The notes under the pieces: generated by a model
Database searches by the model: none
Told to the model about the DNA's origin: nothing
Seen by the model: the letters and a program-made list of their open reading frames with translations, nothing else
Program-made: the position numbers and the translations under genes
Shown here: positions 9,527-20,044 of the stretch, piece by piece
How the letters are laid out: each line of letters begins with the position of its first letter
Numbering within the stretch: the stretch's first letter is position 1
Source of the DNA: Bacillus subtilis subsp. subtilis str. 168
Lineage (GTDB): Bacteria > Bacillota > Bacilli > Bacillales > Bacillaceae
Direction of reading: 5' to 3'
Assembly (NCBI RefSeq): GCF_000009045.1
Contig: NC_000964.3
Location: forward strand, 4,110,001 to 4,142,000
DNA: 32,000 bases

Positions 9527-11056
9527 TTGGTACTTGATGCAAATATCAAAGCACAATTAAATCAATATATGCAGCTAATTGAGAATGACATTGTTCTCAA
9601 AGTTAGCGCAGGCGAAGATGACACTTCTAAGGACATGCTGGCTCTCGTTGATGAGCTGGCTTCCATGTCATCGAAAATTTCAGTTGAAAAAGCTGAATTA
9701 AACAGAACGCCGAGCTTCAGTGTCAATCGTGTCGGAGAAGACACTGGCGTGACTTTCGCCGGTATCCCTCTGGGCCACGAATTCACATCATTAGTGTTGG
9801 CGTTGCTCCAAGTGAGCGGCAGACCGCCTAAGGTAGACCAAAAAGTCATTGATCAGGTGAAGAAGATCAGTGGTGAATACCACTTCGAATCTTATATCAG
9901 CCTGACATGCCACAACTGTCCTGATGTTGTACAAGCTTTAAACATGATGAGCGTGCTGAACCCGAACATTACGCACACGATGATTGACGGTGCAGCATAC
10001 AAAGCAGAAGTTGAAAGCAAAAACATCATGGCAGTGCCGACCGTTTACCTGAATGGCGAATCCTTCGGAAGCGGCCGTATGACGCTTGAAGAAATTCTTG
10101 CGAAAATGGGCAGCGGCACAGATGCATCTGAGTTTGCTGACAAAGAGCCGTTTGACGTTCTTGTGGTCGGAGGCGGACCTGCTGGTGCAAGTGCAGCGAT
10201 CTACACTGCACGTAAAGGCATCCGAACTGGTGTTGTCGCTGAGCGCTTCGGCGGACAGGTTCTCGACACCATGAGCATCGAAAACTTCATCAGCGTCAAA
10301 GCGACGGAAGGACCGAAGCTAGCGGCAAGTCTTGAAGAGCATGTGAAGGAATATGATATTGATGTCATGAACCTTCAGCGTGCGAAACGCCTTGAGAAGA
10401 AAGATCTGTTCGAACTTGAACTCGAAAACGGCGCTGTCCTGAAAAGTAAAACAGTGATCCTTTCAACAGGTGCACGCTGGCGCAATGTCAACGTCCCCGG
10501 TGAACAAGAGTTCAAAAACAAAGGTGTCGCATACTGCCCGCACTGTGATGGGCCATTGTTTGAAGGCAAAGACGTTGCGGTAATCGGCGGCGGAAACTCT
10601 GGTATCGAAGCAGCGATTGATCTTGCAGGTATTGTCAATCACGTTACTGTACTAGAATTCGCGCCGGAACTGAAAGCAGACGAAGTCCTGCAAAAACGTC
10701 TCTACAGCCTGCCTAACGTTACTGTCGTGAAAAACGCACAAACAAAAGAAATCACAGGTGATCAGAGTGTTAACGGCATCACATATGTAGACCGCGAAAC
10801 AGGCGAAGAAAAACACGTTGAACTTCAAGGTGTATTCGTCCAAATCGGTCTCGTGCCAAACACAGAATGGTTAGAAGGAACGGTTGAACGCAACCGCATG
10901 GGCGAAATTATTGTCGACAAACACGGCGCAACAAGCGTACCAGGCTTATTTGCTGCCGGCGACTGCACAGACAGTGCGTACAACCAAATTATTATTTCTA
11001 TGGGATCAGGTGCAACTGCCGCCCTCGGCGCGTTTGATTACCTAATCCGTAACTAA
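9527..11056 (+). CDS. ahpF: Alkyl hydroperoxide reductase, flavoprotein subunit F (NADH dehydrogenase)
   Basis: 509 aa. TTG start 7 nt after AAGGAGTG. CHNCPD and CPHCDG redox dithiols. GGGPAG and GGGNSG FAD/NAD motifs. Confidence 0.95.
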
Positions 11057-11060
11057 TATA

Positions 11061-11110
11061 AGAAATCCGCTATATTGCCAGATTGGCAGGATAGCGGATT
11101 TTTCTTTTTC
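11061..11110 (+). terminator. ahpCF terminator
   Basis: AAATCCGCTAT...ATAGCGGATTT long hairpin followed by TTTTCTTTTT. Confidence 0.8.
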
Positions 11111-11115
11111 TACAG

Positions 11116-11158
11116 AAAAAAACCGAACCAGGCACTACGGTAAAAGTGCTCGATTCGA
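11116..11158 (-). terminator. bglA terminator
   Basis: On the minus strand, CGAATCGAGCAC...GTGCCTGGTTCG followed by T7, directly after the bglA stop. Confidence 0.7.
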
Positions 11159-11165
11159 GCGCTTC

Positions 11166-12849
<1,684 letters not shown>

Positions 12850-13055
12850 GACAACCGTAATGACGCCGGGATGGTAGCATCGATTTCACGATATCCTTCG
12901 CTTTAGGGGTAGACCGCTTCAGCACCAATCGAAGTCTGGTAGCGCAGCGAGAAGCCCCAATCACATTCTCTTCCCCGCCTACGGCCTCTAAAATGTCTTT
13001 TGCTAGTCTCGTATAATCTCTCACTTTCCCCGACATTTCACCCACCCCTTCGTTT

Positions 13056-13069
13056 TGGTTACGCTTTCA
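13056..13069 (-). promoter_or_regulatory. Candidate cre just downstream of the PTS-relic/bglA promoter
   Basis: Minus strand reads TGAAAGCGTAACCA, which differs at only 2 positions from the gnt cre TGAAAGCGGTACCA in this same window. Confidence 0.5.
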
Positions 13070-13097
13070 TTATAATTGTAACGGTATAATTTATCAA
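13069..13097 (-). promoter_or_regulatory. SigA-type promoter for the PTS-relic/bglA operon; the spacer holds an imperfect palindrome (candidate YydK operator)
   Basis: Minus strand: TTGATA (13092-13097), 17 nt, TATAAT (13069-13074). The spacer ATTATACCGTTACAAT (13075-13090) matches its own reverse complement at 12 of 16 positions. Confidence 0.6.
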
Positions 13098-13144
13098 TTC
13101 CGAAACAAAATATTTACGCACTAACTATCATTGTAAGCGGTTTA

Positions 13145-13153
13145 TGCTATAAT
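13145..13153 (+). promoter_or_regulatory. Extended -10 promoter element for yydK
   Basis: TGcTATAAT about 40 nt upstream of the yydK start. It is preceded by ATTGTAAGCGGT, which resembles the ATTGTAACGGT half of the divergent promoter's palindrome. Confidence 0.45.
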
Positions 13154-13192
13154 TTTGACAAGTGAAACTAAACGAATAAATGAGGAATGCGT

Positions 13193-13903
13193 ATGTTAAA
13201 ATACCAGCAAATCGCAACGGAAATTGAAACATATATAGAAGAACACCAGCTTCAGCAGGGAGACAAACTGCCAGTCCTAGAAACCCTCATGGCCCAGTTT
13301 GAAGTCAGCAAAAGCACCATCACAAAGTCCCTCGAGCTATTAGAGCAAAAAGGCGCGATCTTTCAGGTCAGAGGAAGCGGCATTTTCGTCAGAAAACATA
13401 AACGAAAAGGCTATATCAGCCTTCTGTCGAATCAGGGATTTAAAAAAGATCTCGAGGATTTCAACGTCACCTCAAAAGTCATCGAACTGGACGTGAGAAA
13501 GCCAACACCGGAAGCGGCGGAAAACCTGAACATCGGAATGGACGAGGACATCTACTATGTCAAAAGGGTCCGCTACATCAACGGCCAGACCCTTTGCTAC
13601 GAAGAATCCTATTACACCAAATCCATCGTGACGTATTTAAACAACGAAATCGTCTCCCACTCCATCTTCCATTACATCCGGGAAGGACTGGGGTTGAAGA
13701 TTGGTTTTTCTGATTTGTTTCTGCACGTGGGCCAGCTTAATGAGGAAGAAGCGGAATATTTGGGATTAGAGGCTGGACTGCCGAAGCTGTATATAGAAAG
13801 TATTTTTCACCTGACAAATGGGCAGCCGTTTGATTACTCGAAGATTTCGTATAATTATGAGCAGTCGCAGTTTGTGGTACAGGCTAATAGTTTTTTATTA
13901 TAG
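13193..13903 (+). CDS. yydK: GntR/HutC-subfamily transcriptional regulator (winged helix plus UTRA domain)
   Basis: 236 aa from MLKYQQIATEIE (TGAGGAA RBS; the ATG at 13187 is too close to the RBS). N-terminal motif LPVLETLMAQFEVSKSTITKSLELLEQKG. Divergent from the bglA operon. Confidence 0.9.
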   Translation: MLKYQQIATEIETYIEEHQLQQGDKLPVLETLMAQFEVSKSTITKSLELLEQKGAIFQVRGSGIFVRKHKRKGYISLLSNQGFKKDLEDFNVTSKVIELDVRKPTPEAAENLNIGMDEDIYYVKRVRYINGQTLCYEESYYTKSIVTYLNNEIVSHSIFHYIREGLGLKIGFSDLFLHVGQLNEEEAEYLGLEAGLPKLYIESIFHLTNGQPFDYSKISYNYEQSQFVVQANSFLL

Positions 13904-13930
13904 GGCTCTTCACTACGGTAGGTGGTCGAC

Positions 13931-14089
13931 ATGTACAAAATTATCATTCCTGCCATACTAGCCATCTTTGCGCTCTGGATACTCTTACAGATTTCACTAG
14001 AGATGAGCATCGTTAAGAATCCAATGAACTACTTTATCGTATTCATTATCTTTTTCCTCTTTGTAAAGATGGTGAAAGAAAAACAATAA
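13931..14089 (+). CDS. Small hydrophobic protein, 52 aa, two predicted TM helices (not in the ORF track)
   Basis: My translation: ATG at 13931 preceded by AGGTGG with a 5-nt spacer, giving MYKIIIPAILAIFALWILLQISLEMSIVKNPMNYFIVFIIFFLFVKMVKEKQ, stop at 14087-14089. Confidence 0.5.
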   Translation: MYKIIIPAILAIFALWILLQISLEMSIVKNPMNYFIVFIIFFLFVKMVKEKQ

Positions 14090-14185
14090 TAGTTTGGGCG
14101 ATGCAAACAGAAAAACATCCTTCCCTTAACAAACTCAGCCAGTCACATGCATTAATCTTGATGTTAATGATATATAGGTGCACAT

Positions 14186-14217
14186 AAAAAGCTACTTCAT
14201 TGTGAAGTAGCTCCCTT
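14186..14217. terminator. Terminator of the yydFGHIJ operon (hairpin usable on both strands)
   Basis: AGCTACTTCA-ttg-TGAAGTAGCT is a perfect 10-bp stem. On the minus strand it is followed by TTTTTAT, 3 nt after the yydJ stop. Confidence 0.75.
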
Positions 14218-14219
14218 TA

Positions 14220-14942
14220 TTAAAGGCCCATTTTGATCCATCTAGTTTTAGAAAAGCGAAGGACAATCGCATTTATGATAATAATTGAAACTAAATACAA
14301 AATAATAAATAAAACATCATTACTCCCAAGTGTCATGTTATCAGATTGCAGCACTCTTTCTATTCGGGGGTACATAGTGTTACCTGCCTCAAAAGGAGCA
14401 ATGAAACCAAACGTTTTATTGCTTATAGCTACTAAGATAACAGAAGTCATCCAATAAACGATACTGACACCTATACTAATTAATATATTAGGACATAACA
14501 CGCTTATAGTTCCGATAATTAGAATATACTGCAGTATAACTGCAGAAAATAAAAAAAGTAATAATGCAAAATGCGAAAAATCATGGTACATCAACGATAT
14601 GATTAGCAGGCCTAGCGTTATAAATGCAAAACATTCTAAAAATAAAACAGCTATCTTTTTATAAAAGAAAGTATAGATGTTCTCTCCAATTAACTTGTAA
14701 AAGAGAATATTTTTGTTTGAATACTCTCTATTAATAAAGAAAGCTATAACAAATGAAAATAACATCAAACCAAACTGGGTCGCAACAGTATAGGAGCTAA
14801 AGAAAAACATTTCAGGTGTAACATTACTGACTTTATCGATTCCAACAAGTAAAAAATAACCCAGCAAAAATAAAAATACAAACATTGCTCCTAAAATAAT
14901 GATAACTTTGTTGCTAATACTCTTTTTAAACTCTAATTTCAT
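14220..14942 (-). CDS. yydJ: ABC transporter permease of the YydF peptide exporter
   Basis: 240-aa AT-rich ORF with about 6 hydrophobic helices, immediately downstream of an ABC ATPase gene. Confidence 0.85.
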   Translation of the reverse strand: MKLEFKKSISNKVIIILGAMFVFLFLLGYFLLVGIDKVSNVTPEMFFFSSYTVATQFGLMLFSFVIAFFINREYSNKNILFYKLIGENIYTFFYKKIAVLFLECFAFITLGLLIISLMYHDFSHFALLLFLFSAVILQYILIIGTISVLCPNILISIGVSIVYWMTSVILVAISNKTFGFIAPFEAGNTMYPRIERVLQSDNMTLGSNDVLFIILYLVSIIIINAIVLRFSKTRWIKMGL

Positions 14943-14962
14943 CTCAAGCCCCCACTGTTTTA

Positions 14963-15592
14963 TTACTCATTTATATACACTTCAATTAATTTATCCACTG
15001 AATGATATTGTTGAATTTCTTGGTGATTAAATATATAATAATCCCCTTCTATCGCCTTTAAATCAGACAAATCATGTGTAATGTTGATGATAATCTTCTC
15101 GGGGTTCTCCTGAATATACTTGTTTAAGAAGCCATGAATCTCTATAACCGTTTTTTTGTCTAATGAATTCGTTATTTCATCTAAAACAATAATATTTTTA
15201 TCCTCTAATAAGAAACTGAGCAATTTTAATTTTTGCTTTTGTCCATCACTCAAATTTTTGATCAGAACTTTTCCATCAATATTATCCAGATTAAGTAAAT
15301 ATGCGATTTTATCTATCATTTTTGCATCAAATTTTTTACTCAAAAAGTGTAATAAAAAGTCCTTAGAAACATCATTAGGTATATTCGACGAGCTGGATAT
15401 TAAAGAAACATTTTGACGAATATCTCTGCCGATTCTTTTGCTATTATTCAACAAAAAGTCTTTAGCAAGCTGTGATTTACCGACTCCATTTTTTCCGACA
15501 ACGTGATTAATTTTCCCGCTCGAAAAATGCAAGTCGGTGTCCTGAAGTAACGTTTTGCCTTTCACTTTTAAAGTGTAATTCGCTATATTCAT
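14963..15592 (-). CDS. yydI: ABC transporter ATP-binding protein
   Basis: Walker A GKNGVGKS, signature LSDGQKQK, Walker B IIVLDE. Start placed at MNIANYTLKV (TAGGAG RBS 7 nt upstream), giving 209 aa. The ORF-track start is 15619. Confidence 0.85.
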   Translation of the reverse strand: MNIANYTLKVKGKTLLQDTDLHFSSGKINHVVGKNGVGKSQLAKDFLLNNSKRIGRDIRQNVSLISSSSNIPNDVSKDFLLHFLSKKFDAKMIDKIAYLLNLDNIDGKVLIKNLSDGQKQKLKLLSFLLEDKNIIVLDEITNSLDKKTVIEIHGFLNKYIQENPEKIIINITHDLSDLKAIEGDYYIFNHQEIQQYHSVDKLIEVYINE

Positions 15593-15741
15593 ATACATAC
15601 TCCTAGGAAATATTTGCATAATAATAAAATGTTCTGCCTTGTGATTTGTTACTAATGTCTAAGCTTTTGAGGTACCTCTTTCGTTTCCGATCCGGAAGCG
15701 AAAGAAATGTTTTTAGATGGCTAATTTGGAGATCTTTTACT

Positions 15742-16500
15742 CTAGTTTACAATATATAATATCCAATGTACAACTGAATTCACTGCAAGGCCAATCCCTA
15801 TAATTTGAATCGTAAGAACTAACCAATGATTTGTCTTAAAACGGCTATATTCATCTAAGCTCAGAAAAGCTAAAAGAATTTTGTAACCATCAGAATTCAA
15901 TATTGGGATTAAGTTCCACAATAAAGTAGACGAGAAAAGCATAAATGCCATAGTTAATGCTTCACTGGAAAATGTAAATTGATTTATTAATTCTAATGTA
16001 TTTATTAAAAGATAATTGATAAACAAGCCAAATAAATGAACGATTATCTTTTCATTTCTTGATAGCATGTAGGTTTCATTCAATTGGACATAAAAAGCAG
16101 GAAATACATAAAAATTCAGTTTGAATCCCACTTTATCAAAGTTTTTCCCGAAAAATTTTAAGGAATAAATATGTCCCAGTTCATGAAGCACTATATTCAT
16201 TATAAAATAAATAACTATAATTATCCACATTTTCCAGCCGTAAAATACTGAGGACAATCCATTTTGCAATTTTATTAAATGAATATAATTTAATATGAAC
16301 ATGAGAGCCGTAAAGGATAAGAACAGATAAAAAAACTTTGGTGATACTTTCTCTTTATACATTTTAAAACGTAATAATTGTTTATCTGACAGAGAATTTA
16401 AACTATTTTTATAGTATTCTCCGCTTTTTTTGTCTTTTATAAATACGTTGTTTTGCACAAGCACTTCATATTTTTCATCTTCATACTTTAAAATTTTCAT
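15742..16500 (-). CDS. yydH: Integral-membrane zinc metalloprotease (M50/site-2-protease-like), predicted YydF processing protease
   Basis: 252 aa, polytopic, with an HELGH zinc motif inside a hydrophobic segment. Overlaps the yydG 3' end by 20 nt. Confidence 0.85.
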   Translation of the reverse strand: MKILKYEDEKYEVLVQNNVFIKDKKSGEYYKNSLNSLSDKQLLRFKMYKEKVSPKFFYLFLSFTALMFILNYIHLIKLQNGLSSVFYGWKMWIIIVIYFIMNIVLHELGHIYSLKFFGKNFDKVGFKLNFYVFPAFYVQLNETYMLSRNEKIIVHLFGLFINYLLINTLELINQFTFSSEALTMAFMLFSSTLLWNLIPILNSDGYKILLAFLSLDEYSRFKTNHWLVLTIQIIGIGLAVNSVVHWILYIVN

Positions 16501-17440
16501 TATAGTATTTTTCCATATAAGGATAGAAGTAGTTTATTTTTTCTGCAGAGTTGAATAAGGAACCACAAACTCCACAAATAGAGGAAAATTCATAAGGAAT
16601 GTCAAATTCCTCTATTTTGTTATTTTCTTTTAAAATATTCAAAAACCATTTGAATCCTTCTTTTCTAAGAATAAATAATAGCAAATTGGAATTTAACTTT
16701 TCCACGGTTCTTTCGAAACTTTGGTTATATTCTTCCCTTAGGGTTATTTTCGTTTCAAAAATAGCAGGGGAACAACATGGATAAATTTCTCCATCATGAT
16801 GATATACAATGTCATATCCGGGACAATGTAAGGAATCTTCATCTTCAAGACTGTAAAATTTATGTATGTTTTCTTGCTTAATTCTAGTTTTAGCAGCGCC
16901 AACTGATATCATTGGAAATTTTGTTATCTTTACACCTAAGATTGAATCCCCCAATTCCTCTAAAATGTGGTTGGACATTTTGTCTTTGGTAACTGCCATA
17001 TTAAGAGAAATATCGATATCAGGGTATTTCCTGCTATGTTCTAATATGTTTTTAATACTGGAAGACTTGACAAATGGAGCATGGTACTCATCATAACTTA
17101 TAGTCAGTGCTATCACATTTAAAGAATTCATATCATGAAAGTACTCCTGGACCTTTTTCTTGCTCAAACCCCAAAATCCATTAGAGATCAACGTTATTTG
17201 TTTTTCATATGGTTTAATGATTTCCATTAGTTCTTTTAAAAATTTATAATCTAAAAAAACTTCCCCACCTGTAAAAGAAATCACTTGAATGGTTTTGTTT
17301 TTTGCAAATTCAGTTACTAACTCTCTTATGTATTCTTTTTCCATCCTGGTTGTTGAAGTTGGTGAACTAGAAAAACAACAATGGTCACAGGATGCATTAC
17401 ACCTTGAATCTAAATTGATTGATACTGTTTTATTATACAT
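16481..17440 (-). CDS. yydG: Radical SAM peptide epimerase
   Basis: 319 aa. CNASCDHCC (CxxxCxxC radical SAM cluster) near the N-terminus. Additional C-terminal Cys clusters (HCPGYD...YPCC, ICGVCG) are consistent with an auxiliary Fe-S (SPASM-like) domain. Confidence 0.9.
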   Translation of the reverse strand: MYNKTVSINLDSRCNASCDHCCFSSSPTSTTRMEKEYIRELVTEFAKNKTIQVISFTGGEVFLDYKFLKELMEIIKPYEKQITLISNGFWGLSKKKVQEYFHDMNSLNVIALTISYDEYHAPFVKSSSIKNILEHSRKYPDIDISLNMAVTKDKMSNHILEELGDSILGVKITKFPMISVGAAKTRIKQENIHKFYSLEDEDSLHCPGYDIVYHHDGEIYPCCSPAIFETKITLREEYNQSFERTVEKLNSNLLLFILRKEGFKWFLNILKENNKIEEFDIPYEFSSICGVCGSLFNSAEKINYFYPYMEKYYNENFKV

Positions 17441-17462
17441 GAAATATCCCCCAACAAATGGT

Positions 17463-17485
17463 AAAGGAGAGTTAGACTCTCCTTT
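17463..17485 (-). terminator. Intra-operon hairpin between yydF and yydG (probable leaky terminator or attenuator)
   Basis: AAAGGAGAG-ttaga-CTCTCCTTT is a perfect 9-bp stem, 13 nt after the yydF stop and 22 nt before the yydG ATG. The U-tract is weak. Confidence 0.55.
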
Positions 17486-17497
17486 GTACCCCTCTAA

Positions 17498-17647
17498 TTA
17501 ATGACCACTTCCAAGAATCCAGCGATTTTCTTTTGATTTTACAAAATACCAAAGATCATTCACTTTTGCTAACTTTTGTGATTCATCTAATAGACCCTTA
17601 AATTCTAAGTTTTTCACAGTCTCATTGTTAGTGATTTCCTTTTTCAT
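17498..17647 (-). CDS. yydF: RiPP precursor peptide YydF, 49 aa (not in the ORF track)
   Basis: My translation of the minus strand: MKKEITNNETVKNLEFKGLLDESQKLAKVNDLWYFVKSKENRWILGSGH. AGGAGGAGGG RBS. Directly upstream of the radical SAM gene. Confidence 0.9.
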   Translation of the reverse strand: MKKEITNNETVKNLEFKGLLDESQKLAKVNDLWYFVKSKENRWILGSGH

Positions 17648-17678
17648 ATTATCCCTCCTCCTTTTCTAATATAAACCA

Positions 17679-17707
17679 ATTATTCTATATCATTCAATAC
17701 ATGTCAA
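17679..17707 (-). promoter_or_regulatory. Candidate SigA promoter of the yydF operon
   Basis: Minus strand: TTGACA (17702-17707), 17 nt, AATAAT (17679-17684). An alternative GTGACA-18-TACAAT lies slightly upstream. Neither is mapped. Confidence 0.3.
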
Positions 17708-18118
17708 TATATTGTACCTAAAAAATCTGAAAAATGTCACTATTCTTGGTATATAAAGCCTATAGTCCTCTAGCCCCTCTAAGCTATACCGAATGAAAGG
17801 CCATAGTTTGATTTAAAGCTTCGTAATGAAAAGTAAAACATCAATATTGACTACACTAGTTAAGGGATATACAGATTTTAAGTGGAAGAAATGAGGCAAA
17901 CAATCTTACCCTAAACCAACCTGTACTGAAAAGCTGTTTTAAGCTCTTGCTTACCCCATTTGGCACCTCTTTCTCTCGTTTTAATTGTCTCTAAAAGCAG
18001 TTATGCGGTACTATCATATAAAGGTCCAATGTTTAAAAATAATGTCATACTTTTAAATTCACCTTATCATGCACATGCTCATAAAGAGGGGTTTATTCTA
18101 AAAAGGGGATGGACGGTT

Positions 18119-20044
18119 TTGGAAAGCAAGTACCTAGATCTACTCGCACAAAAATACGATTGTGAAGAAAAAGTGGTAACAGAAATCATCAATTTGAAAG
18201 CGATATTGAACCTGCCAAAAGGCACCGAGCATTTTGTCAGTGATCTGCACGGAGAGTATCAGGCATTCCAGCACGTGTTGCGCAATGGTTCAGGACGAGT
18301 CAAAGAGAAGATACGCGACATCTTCAGCGGTGTCATTTACGATAGAGAAATTGATGAATTAGCAGCATTGGTCTATTATCCGGAAGACAAACTGAAATTA
18401 ATCAAACATGACTTTGATGCGAAAGAAGCGTTAAACGAGTGGTATAAAGAAACGATTCATCGAATGATTAAGCTCGTTTCATATTGCTCCTCTAAGTATA
18501 CCCGCTCCAAATTACGCAAAGCACTGCCTGCCCAATTTGCTTATATTACGGAGGAGCTGTTATACAAAACAGAACAAGCTGGCAACAAGGAGCAATATTA
18601 CTCCGAAATCATTGATCAGATCATTGAACTTGGCCAAGCCGATAAGCTGATCACCGGCCTTGCTTACAGCGTTCAGCGATTGGTGGTCGACCATCTGCAT
18701 GTGGTCGGCGATATTTATGACCGCGGCCCGCAGCCGGATAGAATTATGGAAGAACTGATCAACTATCATTCTGTCGATATTCAGTGGGGAAATCACGATG
18801 TCCTTTGGATCGGCGCCTATTCCGGTTCCAAAGTGTGCCTGGCCAATATTATCCGCATCTGTGCCCGCTACGACAACCTGGATATTATTGAGGACGTGTA
18901 CGGCATCAACCTGAGACCGCTGCTGAACCTGGCCGAAAAATATTATGATGATAATCCAGCGTTCCGTCCAAAAGCAGACGAAAACAGGCCAGAGGATGAG
19001 ATTAAGCAAATCACAAAAATCCATCAAGCGATTGCCATGATCCAATTCAAGCTTGAGAGCCCGATTATCAAGAGACGGCCGAACTTTAATATGGAAGAGC
19101 GGCTGTTATTAGAGAAAATAGACTATGACAAAAATGAAATCACGCTGAACGGAAAAACATATCAACTGGAAAACACCTGCTTTGCGACGATTAATCCGGA
19201 GCAGCCAGATCAGCTATTAGAAGAAGAAGCAGAAGTCATAGACAAGCTGCTATTCTCTGTCCAGCATTCCGAAAAGCTGGGCCGCCATATGAATTTTATG
19301 ATGAAAAAAGGCAGCCTTTATTTAAAATATAACGGCAACCTGTTGATTCACGGCTGTATTCCAGTTGATGAAAACGGCAATATGGAAACGATGATGATTG
19401 AGGATAAACCGTATGCGGGCCGTGAGCTGCTCGATGTATTTGAACGATTCTTGCGGGAAGCCTTTGCCCACCCGGAAGAAACCGATGACCTGGCGACAGA
19501 TATGGCTTGGTATTTATGGACAGGCGAATACTCCTCCCTCTTCGGAAAACGCGCCATGACGACATTTGAGCGCTATTTCATCAAAGAGAAGGAAACGCAT
19601 AAAGAGAAGAAAAACCCGTATTATTATTTACGAGAAGACGAGGCAACCTGCCGAAACATCCTGGCAGAATTCGGCCTCAATCCAGATCACGGCCATATCA
19701 TCAACGGCCATACACCTGTAAAAGAAATCGAAGGAGAAGACCCAATCAAAGCAAACGGAAAAATGATCGTCATCGACGGCGGCTTCTCCAAAGCCTACCA
19801 ATCCACAACAGGCATCGCCGGCTACACGCTGCTATACAACTCCTACGGCATGCAGCTCGTCGCCCATAAACACTTCAATTCCAAGGCAGAAGTCCTAAGC
19901 ACCGGAACCGACGTCTTAACGGTCAAACGATTAGTGGACAAAGAGCTTGAGCGGAAGAAAGTGAAGGAAACGAATGTGGGTGAGGAATTGTTGCAGGAAG
20001 TTGCGATTTTAGAGAGTTTGCGGGAGTATCGGTATATGAAGTGA
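18119..20044 (+). CDS. fbp: Fructose-1,6-bisphosphatase class 3
   Basis: Class 3 FBPase with metallophosphatase-type motifs ([21 protein letters not shown]). I favour the TTG at 18119 (AAAGGGGAT RBS; [13 protein letters not shown]; 641 aa). The in-frame ATG at 18029 would give 671 aa. The ORF-track start at 17960 is unlikely. Confidence 0.9.
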
